Shown here piece by piece: positions 27,768 to 36,508 of a stretch of 64,000 nt of DNA; position 1 is the first letter of the stretch; each line of letters starts with the position of its first letter. The stretch covers positions 116,189 to 180,188 of the forward strand of contig JAEUKI010000087.1 in the NCBI GenBank assembly GCA_016793325.1, read 5' to 3'. Source of the stretch: Myxococcales bacterium (GTDB lineage: Bacteria > Myxococcota_A > Polyangia > Polyangiales > Ga0077539). A program made the position numbers and the translations under genes. A model generated the notes under the pieces. The model ran no database searches. It was not told where the DNA came from and saw only the letters and a list, made by a program, of their open reading frames with translations.

Positions 27768-29633
27768 CTATCGGCGCGACTCGATCGCGAGCCGCGCCGC
27801 GGTGTCGGTGCTCACGAGCTGAACGTGCGCAGGCAACATGCTCGAGAGGGGAAGAAACGCGTTCTGCAAGGTCAGTCCTCCGTCGCTGGTCATGTAGAGC
27901 CACGTGATCGTTCCCCGCGGGTAGTTGGCGATCTCTTCGGCCATGCGGCGAGGGCTGTAGAAGAACTGGTTCGAGTCGTTGTTCACCCCGCGCCACGAGC
28001 GCGGCTTGAAGAGCGCGACCTGCCCTCCGTCCGCGCCCGTCAGGATCGTGAAGAACCGGCTCGCTGGCCACGAGAACGCCGGCAACACATAGGGGACGTT
28101 CATCGCGAACACGCCGCGAATCGCCCCGCCGAGCCTCGCGTACTTCGGCAAGAACACTCGCTCGGCGTCTTGCCACGTCCCCGCCCAGTCCCAGTGCACG
28201 ACGCTCGTCACGCCGAGCGAACACGCGTCCTCTTCCGTCGCCGTGACGAATCGATCCTGCGAGTCTGGCGCGAGCGAGCTCGGGTACGCGTACAAGTGGC
28301 CGCTCGGTGGAAGCACGAAGTAGTCGCGTCCCGTCACGCGACTCTGCTCGTAGTACCAACGCAGGACATCGGGCGCGAGCTGCAAAAGATGTGGCGAAAT
28401 GGACCAGCTCAGCGGCGGACACGAGGCGCCGCCCGCCGCGCAAGCCGCGAGTCGCTGCCGTAGCCACTCGCGTCGCGTGCTCATTACGAAGTCGATGTTG
28501 TCGCCGTCACCGACGACCACCGCGACGTACGTCCGCGTCGGGTCGTACGTCGTGGTCTCCGGCGGGTTGCCTCGCACGGCGCCTGCGCCGCCCACGGAGG
28601 ACGCGCGCGTCGAGAAGAACGACAGGTTCGTCGTCTCGCTCGCGATCGCGCCCATGTTGCGAGTCGGCAGACAAAACGTCTGCGCTTCGTGGATGAAGCC
28701 GCCGCCCGTGAGCCACGAGTTGTTGTAGCCGTAGACGGCGACGGGCGTGGGCCAGTGGCCCGCGTTGACGATCGTTCCGAGCAGCGCTCGCTCGGGGTGG
28801 CCTTCGGAGCAACCGTTGACGAGAAACACCACGAAGAGCCGCCGCGCGAACACGAGGTCGAGCAGCGTCGGCGGCATGTCCCGCGTGATTCTCGGGTTCG
28901 CGGGCGTCATCGACTCGATCTCGTAGCCGGGGTTGAGCATCGCGAGACCCGTCGTCTGCGACCCGAAGCGGTCGAACACGTATCGCGTCGCGAGCTCGGG
29001 CGTATTACGGGCGCGGAGCTCTTCGACAGCGTCGAACGACGTCGTCGCGCACGAGACCGTCATCGTGCGGTCCACGGGCAACGCTCCGAGCACCGCCGCA
29101 GCCGTGAGGATGTTCGGCATCAACGGTCGCTGGCTCGCGTAGTCGTAGCGAACGCACGACGGAACCTCCGCGGCGCACGTCTGAACAAACGCCGCCGCGT
29201 CGACCGTCGACGCGGTCGCGAGCGAGAGCTCGGTGATCCACGCCGCTTCGTTGGCGTTGGACTGCACGTACACAGAGCCCGGAGCGGCGCGATTTCGAAG
29301 CCCAGCGCACGCGTGCACCGCGAGCTTCATCGGCGCAGACAGCGCGTTGTCGACGCGCACGACGGTGATCGGTCCCGTGACCACATCGGCGACCGACGCG
29401 TCGTGCGGAGCGCACATCGGGGGAGGGAGCGGCGGTCGTTCGACCCGCGGCGCGTCCATCGCCGAAGCGTCGATCAGCGAGGCGTCCATCGATCCGTCGT
29501 CGATCGTCGCGTCGATCCCAGCGTCCAAACTCGCGTCGACCGGCGCCGGACGCGCGCTCTCGCAGCCGAACCACGCTGTCGCGAACCCGAAGAGCATCGC
29601 GAACTCGAACGTCCGGCGCAGTGTGCGATTCAT
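27768..29633 (-). CDS. GxGYxYP-family lipoprotein (putative glycoside hydrolase)
   Basis: Trimmed to aa13 (MNRTLRRTFEFAMLFGFATAWFGC). Acidic linker, then the VAVYGYNNSW motif (GxGYxY type). Overall size fits the family. Confidence 0.75.
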   Translation of the reverse strand: MNRTLRRTFEFAMLFGFATAWFGCESARPAPVDASLDAGIDATIDDGSMDASLIDASAMDAPRVERPPLPPPMCAPHDASVADVVTGPITVVRVDNALSAPMKLAVHACAGLRNRAAPGSVYVQSNANEAAWITELSLATASTVDAAAFVQTCAAEVPSCVRYDYASQRPLMPNILTAAAVLGALPVDRTMTVSCATTSFDAVEELRARNTPELATRYVFDRFGSQTTGLAMLNPGYEIESMTPANPRITRDMPPTLLDLVFARRLFVVFLVNGCSEGHPERALLGTIVNAGHWPTPVAVYGYNNSWLTGGGFIHEAQTFCLPTRNMGAIASETTNLSFFSTRASSVGGAGAVRGNPPETTTYDPTRTYVAVVVGDGDNIDFVMSTRREWLRQRLAACAAGGASCPPLSWSISPHLLQLAPDVLRWYYEQSRVTGRDYFVLPPSGHLYAYPSSLAPDSQDRFVTATEEDACSLGVTSVVHWDWAGTWQDAERVFLPKYARLGGAIRGVFAMNVPYVLPAFSWPASRFFTILTGADGGQVALFKPRSWRGVNNDSNQFFYSPRRMAEEIANYPRGTITWLYMTSDGGLTLQNAFLPLSSMLPAHVQLVSTDTAARLAIESRR

Positions 29634-29733
29634 AGACGAGATGGGACAGCCGCGGCTCCCGTCGGTCAACCCGCCGCGCGCAACGTCGCTCGATAACCTC
29701 GCTACGCGTACTCGAGAGGACGTCGTGATCGGT

Positions 29734-30780
29734 TCACTCTTCGGGCGTGTATCGAAGAACGCCGCACGCGCTGCCGCTTCCGCCGGGCATCTCGAGGCAG
29801 AACTGGCTCTGCGTCGCGGGATAGTAGTAGGCCCACAAGAAGCACATCTCTTCGAACGCGGACTCGCCGAACCGAAGAGTGCGGTCGCTCGTGTTGCGAT
29901 ACTCGCAGCGAAGATGCAGGTGCTCGTCGGCCGCGAGTCGCAGCGCAGGCGCGAAGACCGTCTGCGGCGGATCGGACCAGTTTGTCGACCGATGCACCTC
30001 GCGGAGGTCCGTCGCGTCCACGCCGGCGCCGCGTCCGATCGAGACCGAGGCGAGCGTTCCGAATTGGTGGGTGTGCGACGAGAGCGAGAACAGGCTCGCG
30101 CCCTCGGGAGGCGCGCGTCGAAGCCGCGCTTCGCCCGTGGCGCGGGGGCTCACGCTGATGTCGGCTGTTCCCCAAAAGAGGATGTGCGCTTCTCGGGTGT
30201 CCGTCGTGCGCGGGGCGAGGTCGAGCTCGACGGACGCGCGAGCCACCGCGGGCTCGCGGCTGATGTTGATCACATGAAACTCGAATCGCAGGTGCTGCTC
30301 GGCCTCCATCGGAATCCCGACGGGCGGGTCCGACGGCAGGCGCAGCGTCGTGCGCTCTTGCTGCGCAGCGACGACGGGCAGCGTCGACGTCGTCGCGCCG
30401 AACAGCCCCGAAAATCCGTTGCACGGCGTCCATTCGCGAGACTCCTGCCGCGTCGCCGTTCGGTACACGATCAAGTGATGACTCGCGTTGCCGATGTGCA
30501 CTCGCGCTTCGCGTAGCATCGCGCCCGCGCGATTGGCGATCTTGTGCACCGCGCAGATCGTCCGCTCCTCGCCGGGCGCGAGCTCGGGCGTCACGAGATC
30601 GACTCGGTACGTCTGCGCCGCGTTTTCGACGTCGGTGGCCGTGGTCGCGTCGCTGAGATCGACGCGGTCTTCTCCCGTCCGCGCGTCGCTCGCGGCGTCC
30701 ATCGACACCAAGGGCGCGAGCGAGCAGCGCGCGACCAGCGTGAGCAGCATCGACCCGAGCGCCAGAGATGCACGATGCAC
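29734..30780 (-). CDS. PHM/DBH-like copper type II monooxygenase-fold protein
   Basis: GTG start at aa70 (VHRASLALGSMLLTLVARCS). Candidate copper ligands: NASHHLIVY (HH), FEFHVIN (H), SSHTHQFG (HxH), EEMCFLWAYYYP (Met). Confidence 0.7.
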   Translation of the reverse strand: MHRASLALGSMLLTLVARCSLAPLVSMDAASDARTGEDRVDLSDATTATDVENAAQTYRVDLVTPELAPGEERTICAVHKIANRAGAMLREARVHIGNASHHLIVYRTATRQESREWTPCNGFSGLFGATTSTLPVVAAQQERTTLRLPSDPPVGIPMEAEQHLRFEFHVINISREPAVARASVELDLAPRTTDTREAHILFWGTADISVSPRATGEARLRRAPPEGASLFSLSSHTHQFGTLASVSIGRGAGVDATDLREVHRSTNWSDPPQTVFAPALRLAADEHLHLRCEYRNTSDRTLRFGESAFEEMCFLWAYYYPATQSQFCLEMPGGSGSACGVLRYTPEE

Positions 30781-30989
30781 GACTCGGGCGATGGTACTCG
30801 AGTTCGCGTGTCGCGTTGGTCCCGTGTTGGCGTGCCTGGCACGGTGCCGCTGGTGCCAGCAGGGCGCGTCGGCGCGGTTCGACGGTGCGCGAGAATTCCC
30901 TGCAAATTGTCTGAGTGATTCAACAAAATCGTCGCTGGACTGATCCGTGCTTCGAGCCTCCACACACACGTTTGGAGGTACGAACATCG

Positions 30990-32300
30990 ATGCAACTCAT
31001 CACGACTCACTTCGTCGCGCTCGCCGCGCTCGCTGTCGTTGCGTGCGCGCCTGTCAGCGAGACAGGGCAACAGGCCGACAATCTCATTGGCGTGACCACG
31101 ATCACCACGCTCGCGTCTCGCAGCGGAAACTTCGCGGACGGCGACGCGCGCCGGCCGGCGTTGAGCGACAACCGACGCTTCGTCGCGTTCGACACAGGCG
31201 CCTCGCTCGCGGCGGGTGACGTGAACTTTCGTCGCGACGTCTATCTGTTCGACCGCAACACGCAGACCGTTCAGCGCATCAGCGTCGCGGCGCCCGGCGG
31301 CAGGGACGATGGCGACTCGACGAACGCGACCGTGAGCAGCGACGGGCGCTTCGTCGCGTTCGAATCGACCGCGGACCTCACGGGCGAGCTCACGACGGTG
31401 ACGCCACCTCGGCCCGTCGGGCAGGTGTACCGCTTCGATCGCGTGACAGGCCAGACTCGACTCGTCAGCCGTGGAACGATTCAGCTCCCCAACGGCACCG
31501 CCGCGGAGCCTTCGATCAGCGCGGACGGCAGCCGCGTCGCGTTCAGCTCGACGTCGAGCAACATCTCGTCGGAGGACACCAACACGCGGTCGGACATCTA
31601 CGTGTTCGTCGCGTCGATCGGCGGCTGCTTGCTCATGAGCAAGACCACCACGACCACCACCACCGCCGGCGTCGTGGGCAACGGCGAGAGCTTCGAGCCG
31701 TCGTTGTCGGCGGACGGCAGAGTCGTCGCGTTCACCTCGACGTCGACGAACTTCCACGGTGCGGACTTCAACAACGCCACCGACGTGTTCGTGTACGACT
31801 CGATCGCCGCACGAAATACGCTCGCGAGCCGCTCGGGCACGCTTCTCCGCCGTACCGCCAACGGCGCGAGCCGCGAGCCGTCGATCTCTCCGAACGGCCT
31901 GCAGGTGGCGTTTACGTCGGACGGGTCCGACATGGTCTCTGGCGACACGAACCTCGTGTCCGACGTGTTCGTCACGACCGTGGCCAGCGGCTCCGTCGAG
32001 CGCGTGAGCCGCCCCACCGGAGCGAACACGCAGTTCACCACCGAGAGCTCGTCCCCCTCGATGGACGACGACTTCATCGCCTTCGAAAACGACGGCGCCA
32101 TCCGCGTCCACGATCTGTTCTACGGATTCACGGTCACTTCGACGACGTTGAGCGACGGCAACTCTCCGGCGCTTCGCGCGATCGGTCGCAGCGGTCCGTT
32201 TCTCGAGTTCGACGTCGCGTTCGCGACGAGCGCGAGGCTCGACCCGATCGACACCAACAACGGCTCGGACGTGTACGTCGCGTCGCAGCGATCGCTGTAG
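30990..32300 (+). CDS. PD40/TolB-like beta-propeller lipoprotein
   Basis: ATG at aa26 with GGAGG 11 nt upstream (MQLITTHFVALAALAVVAC). The pattern S-x-DGR-x-VAF-x-S...D-x-N-x-x-x-DVYV/F repeats at least six times. Confidence 0.78.
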   Translation: MQLITTHFVALAALAVVACAPVSETGQQADNLIGVTTITTLASRSGNFADGDARRPALSDNRRFVAFDTGASLAAGDVNFRRDVYLFDRNTQTVQRISVAAPGGRDDGDSTNATVSSDGRFVAFESTADLTGELTTVTPPRPVGQVYRFDRVTGQTRLVSRGTIQLPNGTAAEPSISADGSRVAFSSTSSNISSEDTNTRSDIYVFVASIGGCLLMSKTTTTTTTAGVVGNGESFEPSLSADGRVVAFTSTSTNFHGADFNNATDVFVYDSIAARNTLASRSGTLLRRTANGASREPSISPNGLQVAFTSDGSDMVSGDTNLVSDVFVTTVASGSVERVSRPTGANTQFTTESSSPSMDDDFIAFENDGAIRVHDLFYGFTVTSTTLSDGNSPALRAIGRSGPFLEFDVAFATSARLDPIDTNNGSDVYVASQRSL

Positions 32301-32327
32301 CGCTCGGCGCTTCCATCGGAGACGACA

Positions 32328-34472
32328 ATGAACAAGCACTGCACGTTCGCGGCGCTGCTCGCGGCGGTCTCGATTTCGTGTGCCGATATCGCCCCGGTCG
32401 AGGACCGTCGGTCCACCGCCCAGTCCCTTCGCGACGACGACGTTCCTCCGCGCGATCCCGACGGAGGAGCGCCGGTGATCGGCGTCGCGCCGAGGGACGG
32501 TCGCCCCGCGACGCTCATCATCTCGATGAGCGACGCGACCACGGACGCGCAGCTCGACGACGCCGTGGCGCTCGCGCGGCGGTTGGGCGCCGTTCAGCGC
32601 GTGTATCGACAGCTCTTCAAGGGGTTTGCCGCCACGCTGAGCGCCAGCGCGATCGCTTCGATTCGCGCGTGGTCCAACGTGCAGTACCTCGAGTACAGCA
32701 CTCGCGTTCGCTCGACGCTGGCCCGAGGGCTCGATCGCATCGATCAGCGTCGCACGCCGCTCGACCAGCGGTTCACGGTCCTCGACCGAGCTCCGGGCGT
32801 CAACGTATACGTGGTGGACTCGGGCGTTCGGCTCACGCACGTCGAGTTCGAAGGCCGCGCGCGGTCGATCTTCTCCGGCGTCGAGTGCGGCGGCGAGCCC
32901 GATTGCACCGGCCACGGAACGGGCGTCGCGTCCGTCATCGCCGGCGCCGAGAGCGGCGTCGCGCGCGGCGCGAACATCTTCTCGGCGAGGGTCATCGCCG
33001 CGGATACCTTCGGCGACAGCGAGGTCGTCGTCGACGCGCTCAACGAGATTCGCCGCCAGCTCGCGCGGCCAGCGGTCGTCAACCTGAGCTTCATTGGCGG
33101 CGCGAGCCGCTCGATCAATCGCGCTGTTCGCCGACTCGTCGACGCCGGCGCTGTGGTCGTCGCTGGCGCCGGCAACGGTGATCCGGTCACGGGTTTCGAC
33201 CTGGGCGTCGACGCGTGCCCCTTCAGCCCTGCGAGCGAGCCCGCGGCCATCACCGTCGCGAACGCCGATCCCCTCAACGACTTCCGAAGCGGAACATCGA
33301 ACTTCGGACCGTGCGTCGACATCTTCGCGCCCGGCGTCGACATCGCGATGGCAGGAAGCGCGACGGACTCTTCGCCGCAAACGCGAAGCGGAACGTCCTT
33401 CGCCGCGCCGCACGTCGCCGGGGTCGCGGCGCTCTTGTTGGCGGCGAACCCCGACGCGACGCCCGCGCAAATCACCGCGCAGATCCTCGACAACGCGACG
33501 CGCGACGTCGTGCGCGACGCTGGCCAAGGGTCTCCCAACAAAATGTTGTACGCGTTTGCGCCGACGTTCTCCGGTGATCGAGGCTGGTTCGTCGGTGACT
33601 TCAACGGCGACGGGCGTGACGATCTGCTTCGCTTCGTCACGGGCGCGTGTGGCGCCGACGTGCTGCTCAGCACAGGGAGCTCGTTTGTCCGCGCGGGATG
33701 CTGGACTGGCTTCGGCGTCTCTTCGGTCGGCTGGAAGATCGCTGACTACGACGGCGACGGACGCGACGACCTCGTACGCAGCAGCGGAACCGTCGACGGC
33801 AGCTCGACGATCGAGGTGCTTCGCTCGACAGGGGTCGCCTTCGCCGCGCCGGTCCAGTGGTCGTTGATGAGCAGCGGCGACGCGGGGTTCTCCGTCGGTC
33901 GGTTCAACTCCGACGCGCGGGCCGACCTCCTGCGGACGCGCGAAGGCGTCAGCGGCGCGGACGTGCTTCGGTCTTCGGGGACGACGTTCGTCTACCAACC
34001 CGGCTGGACGCTCGCCGGAGACGGTGATCGTGGGTGGATCGTCGGCGATTACAACGGCGATGGCCGCGACGATCTGCTCCGGTATCGCGCAGGAATCTCT
34101 GGTGGCGAGGTCTTCACGTCGACCGGAACCTCGTTCGTGGGCGCGGGGAGCTGGACGCTCGCGAGCGATGGCGACGACGGTTGGTACGTCGGCGACTTCA
34201 ACGGCGACGGACGGAGCGACTTGTCGCGATATCGCGCAGGGATCTCTGGGGCCGAAGTGTTTCTCTCGACCGGGAGCGCCTTCGCGGGCGCGGGGAGCTG
34301 GACGCTCGCCGGACACTCGGCAGAGAAGTTTCGCGTCGGCGACTTCGATGGCGACGGCCGAAGCGACCTGTTGCGAACGATCGCCAACTCCGTCGGCGCG
34401 CAACCGTTGCTCTCGAACGGATCGAACCAGTTCGTCCTCCAGCACGACTGGAGCGCGGGCGCTTCGCAGTAG
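32328..34472 (+). CDS. S8 subtilisin-family peptidase with I9 propeptide and FG-GAP/VCBS-like repeats
   Basis: Signal peptide present. Catalytic triad motifs: VYVVDSGV, HGTGVASV, SGTSFAAPHVAG. The C-terminus carries six GDFNGDGRDDLLR-type repeats. Confidence 0.92.
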   Translation: MNKHCTFAALLAAVSISCADIAPVEDRRSTAQSLRDDDVPPRDPDGGAPVIGVAPRDGRPATLIISMSDATTDAQLDDAVALARRLGAVQRVYRQLFKGFAATLSASAIASIRAWSNVQYLEYSTRVRSTLARGLDRIDQRRTPLDQRFTVLDRAPGVNVYVVDSGVRLTHVEFEGRARSIFSGVECGGEPDCTGHGTGVASVIAGAESGVARGANIFSARVIAADTFGDSEVVVDALNEIRRQLARPAVVNLSFIGGASRSINRAVRRLVDAGAVVVAGAGNGDPVTGFDLGVDACPFSPASEPAAITVANADPLNDFRSGTSNFGPCVDIFAPGVDIAMAGSATDSSPQTRSGTSFAAPHVAGVAALLLAANPDATPAQITAQILDNATRDVVRDAGQGSPNKMLYAFAPTFSGDRGWFVGDFNGDGRDDLLRFVTGACGADVLLSTGSSFVRAGCWTGFGVSSVGWKIADYDGDGRDDLVRSSGTVDGSSTIEVLRSTGVAFAAPVQWSLMSSGDAGFSVGRFNSDARADLLRTREGVSGADVLRSSGTTFVYQPGWTLAGDGDRGWIVGDYNGDGRDDLLRYRAGISGGEVFTSTGTSFVGAGSWTLASDGDDGWYVGDFNGDGRSDLSRYRAGISGAEVFLSTGSAFAGAGSWTLAGHSAEKFRVGDFDGDGRSDLLRTIANSVGAQPLLSNGSNQFVLQHDWSAGASQ
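33573..34469 (+). repeat. six FG-GAP/VCBS-like coding repeats (~50 aa)
   Basis: Repeat cores: GDFNGDGRDDLLRF, ADYDGDGRDDLVRS, GRFNSDARADLLRT, GDYNGDGRDDLLRY, GDFNGDGRSDLSRY, GDFDGDGRSDLLRT. Confidence 0.8.
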
Positions 34473-34561
34473 CGCCGGGGCCGCGACGCGCCAACGAGGC
34501 TCGGAGGTGCTGCGTTGCGATCGTGATCCACCGCGGATTCGCCGCCGCTGAGAGCCGTCAT

Positions 34562-34579
34562 CCGCTCCGACCGGAGCGG
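34562..34579. terminator. short GC hairpin between convergent genes
   Basis: ccgctcc-gacc-ggagcgg (7-bp stem). It lies 90 nt after the S8 stop and 11 nt from the stop of the convergent small gene. There is no U-tract, so evidence is weak. Confidence 0.2.
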
Positions 34580-34589
34580 TGTGTGCTCA

Positions 34590-34838
34590 TCACGCGATCG
34601 CGCAGCCCGGGGGCGGACGGCACAGGCCGCCGCCTTGCGCGGGGCACATCACTTCGCCGCTCACGAAGCTGCAATTGGGGCCGCATACACAGCTCGCCGA
34701 GGCATCGCCAGGTTCCGTCGCGTCCGCGACAGCGTCCGATGCGGCGTCGGACGCAGGCGATGGTGCGCATGCGCCGAGGCTCATCGCGAGCACGGTGACG
34801 GCGATCGTCCTCGGGATCACGAGCGGACGTTGGTTCAT
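34590..34838 (-). CDS. small Cys-rich lipoprotein
   Basis: Lipobox signal MNQRPLVIPRTIAVTVLAMSLGAC. Acidic linker. Six-Cys C-terminus: SCVCGPNCSFVSGEVMCPAQGGGLCRPPPGC. Confidence 0.5.
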   Translation of the reverse strand: MNQRPLVIPRTIAVTVLAMSLGACAPSPASDAASDAVADATEPGDASASCVCGPNCSFVSGEVMCPAQGGGLCRPPPGCAIA

Positions 34839-34902
34839 GGTTCGATCGTACCGCGAAGCGAGCGACGTCGAGGCTTGCTCCGAGAGGGCGCTCGGAAGTG
34901 GG

Positions 34903-36129
34903 TCAGTCGCCGACGCGAAGGGTCTCGGGCACCGCAGGGTAGCCGTCGAACGGCGCGTCGACGCGAAGGCTGTGGCGCGATTCGGCGAGCAAAAATGCTG
35001 CCTCTGGGCGACTGCGTAGGTTCGCTTCGAGTCGATCGAGGTCGGGCCGCGCGCCGATGTAGCTCGCGCGCGCCGGGAGCTTCCCGAGGACGTACGGCAC
35101 CCACGGGTAGCCTGCGTACTTCTCGAAGACGCTCCCGACTTTCCAGAAGTGCGATGGCTCGGCGTTGGGCTCGCAGAGCAAGAAGTCGTAGTTGATCTCG
35201 AGGATGTGCCGATCGCCCAACCACGAGGGAAACACCGCGCTGTGCACCGCGCCTTGCCACCACGAGGCGCTCAGCTCTTCGGCGACGTGCGTGTGCGTCG
35301 GCGCGATCGTCGCGCGAAGCTCGTTGGCCAGATACAAAAGGTGCAGGACCTCGTGGAGCACCTCGTCGACCACGATCCACACGTCGAGGTCGACCTCGTG
35401 GTTGGGCGGGTCGACGATGTGCTTGTAGCGCGTTCGACGAAGCTCTCGATAGAACGCGAACGACCCGACGTACTGTCCTCCGTGCGCGGCGCCGGCCTTG
35501 GTCGCGAGGTTGGTCTGGCACGTGAGTCCCTCGCTCACCAATACGTCGATCAGCGTCGCGACATCACCGAACACCGGACACTCGCGCTCTCTCTCGCGCA
35601 GCGCGCGCACGTAGCGATCGAGCAGCGAGAGCGTCTCGGGTGCGTGTCGAAATCCGATCGCGACGGTGGGCTCTTCGCCCGGCGCCGGAGGGCTGACCCT
35701 CGCGGTGCGCAGCGGCCCTTCGAGCGACAAGGGCGGCGCGCCGAACAGCGTCGATCGAACGCGATCGACCTGCGCCGCCAGCGTGCCGAGCTGCTTCGAG
35801 GCCAGCACGCATGCGAGCGCATAGCGCCCCAGCGCGAACGCGGCGTCCGTGTCACCGTCGGCGACGAGCGCGATCACGCGACCTGGGTGCAATGTCCGAG
35901 CGGGGTTGCGCGAGTCATCGAAGAGCTGACGAAGCAGCTCCATCGCGTCGTAGAAGCCCTCGGGGCTTCGCGCGTCGAGCACGAGGGCGCCGATCTGCCC
36001 GCGCGCAGCGAGGTCGACCACGGAGCGCGCGTTGCGAAACCAACGGACTCGAACGGTCGAGAGTGCCTCGACGCGCGCCTCGCCGAAAAGTACGACCTCG
36101 CTCGTCACGCCTGATCTCTCGGGTATCAT
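34903..36129 (-). CDS. receiver-like domain protein with C-terminal HExxH domain
   Basis: Start at aa37 (MIPERSG) or aa34. The N-terminus has a CheY-like pattern (ALVLDARSPEGFYDAMELLRQL, VIALVADGD, ACVLASK). The C-terminus contains VVDEVLHEVLHLLYL (HExxH). Confidence 0.65.
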   Translation of the reverse strand: MIPERSGVTSEVVLFGEARVEALSTVRVRWFRNARSVVDLAARGQIGALVLDARSPEGFYDAMELLRQLFDDSRNPARTLHPGRVIALVADGDTDAAFALGRYALACVLASKQLGTLAAQVDRVRSTLFGAPPLSLEGPLRTARVSPPAPGEEPTVAIGFRHAPETLSLLDRYVRALRERERECPVFGDVATLIDVLVSEGLTCQTNLATKAGAAHGGQYVGSFAFYRELRRTRYKHIVDPPNHEVDLDVWIVVDEVLHEVLHLLYLANELRATIAPTHTHVAEELSASWWQGAVHSAVFPSWLGDRHILEINYDFLLCEPNAEPSHFWKVGSVFEKYAGYPWVPYVLGKLPARASYIGARPDLDRLEANLRSRPEAAFLLAESRHSLRVDAPFDGYPAVPETLRVGD

Positions 36130-36175
36130 CGCACTCATGAGCGACGAATCAGCCGCGAAATTGCGCGCTCGCGCG

Positions 36176-36430
36176 ATGGGTCTCGCCGTGACAACGACGC
36201 TGCTCGCGGGCGTCGTCGACGCGTGCACCAACAACACCGAGGCGACTCAACAAGCGCAGAGCAGCGGCTCGGAGGCTGCCGACGCTGGGGCGAGCACAAC
36301 GGCCTCGATCGAGACTGCCGACGCCGGCACGGCGTCGACGGAGAGCGCTAACGGGTCGGGCGGACTCGCCGCGGGGCCCGAAGACGCGGCGACTCCGAGG
36401 CAGTGGCAGAATCCGCACGGACGCGGCTGA
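36176..36430 (+). CDS. possible small low-complexity lipoprotein
   Basis: MGLAVTTTLLAGVVDAC followed by an A/S/T/E-rich tail. Alternative ATG at 36137. There is almost no room for a promoter next to the divergent gene, so this is doubtful. Confidence 0.3.
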   Translation: MGLAVTTTLLAGVVDACTNNTEATQQAQSSGSEAADAGASTTASIETADAGTASTESANGSGGLAAGPEDAATPRQWQNPHGRG

Positions 36431-36508
36431 GCGAAGAGTCTTCTTTCGAGGTCGCCGCGCCGTCGAGGGGCCTCTGACGCCACGAACAACCTGTGCGTTG
36501 CTCGAGCG

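Noticed and set aside
30837-30853. Sigma-54-like TGGCAC element
   Set aside because: The -12 GC dinucleotide is displaced by one position from the TGGCACG-N4-TTGC consensus. A similar near-miss occurs upstream of 37948.
30591-34445. 1,284-aa minus-strand ORF
   Set aside because: It is antisense to the PD40 and S8 peptidase genes, which carry clear catalytic and repeat motifs. The composition is Arg/Ala/Asp-rich and it spans an intergenic gap.
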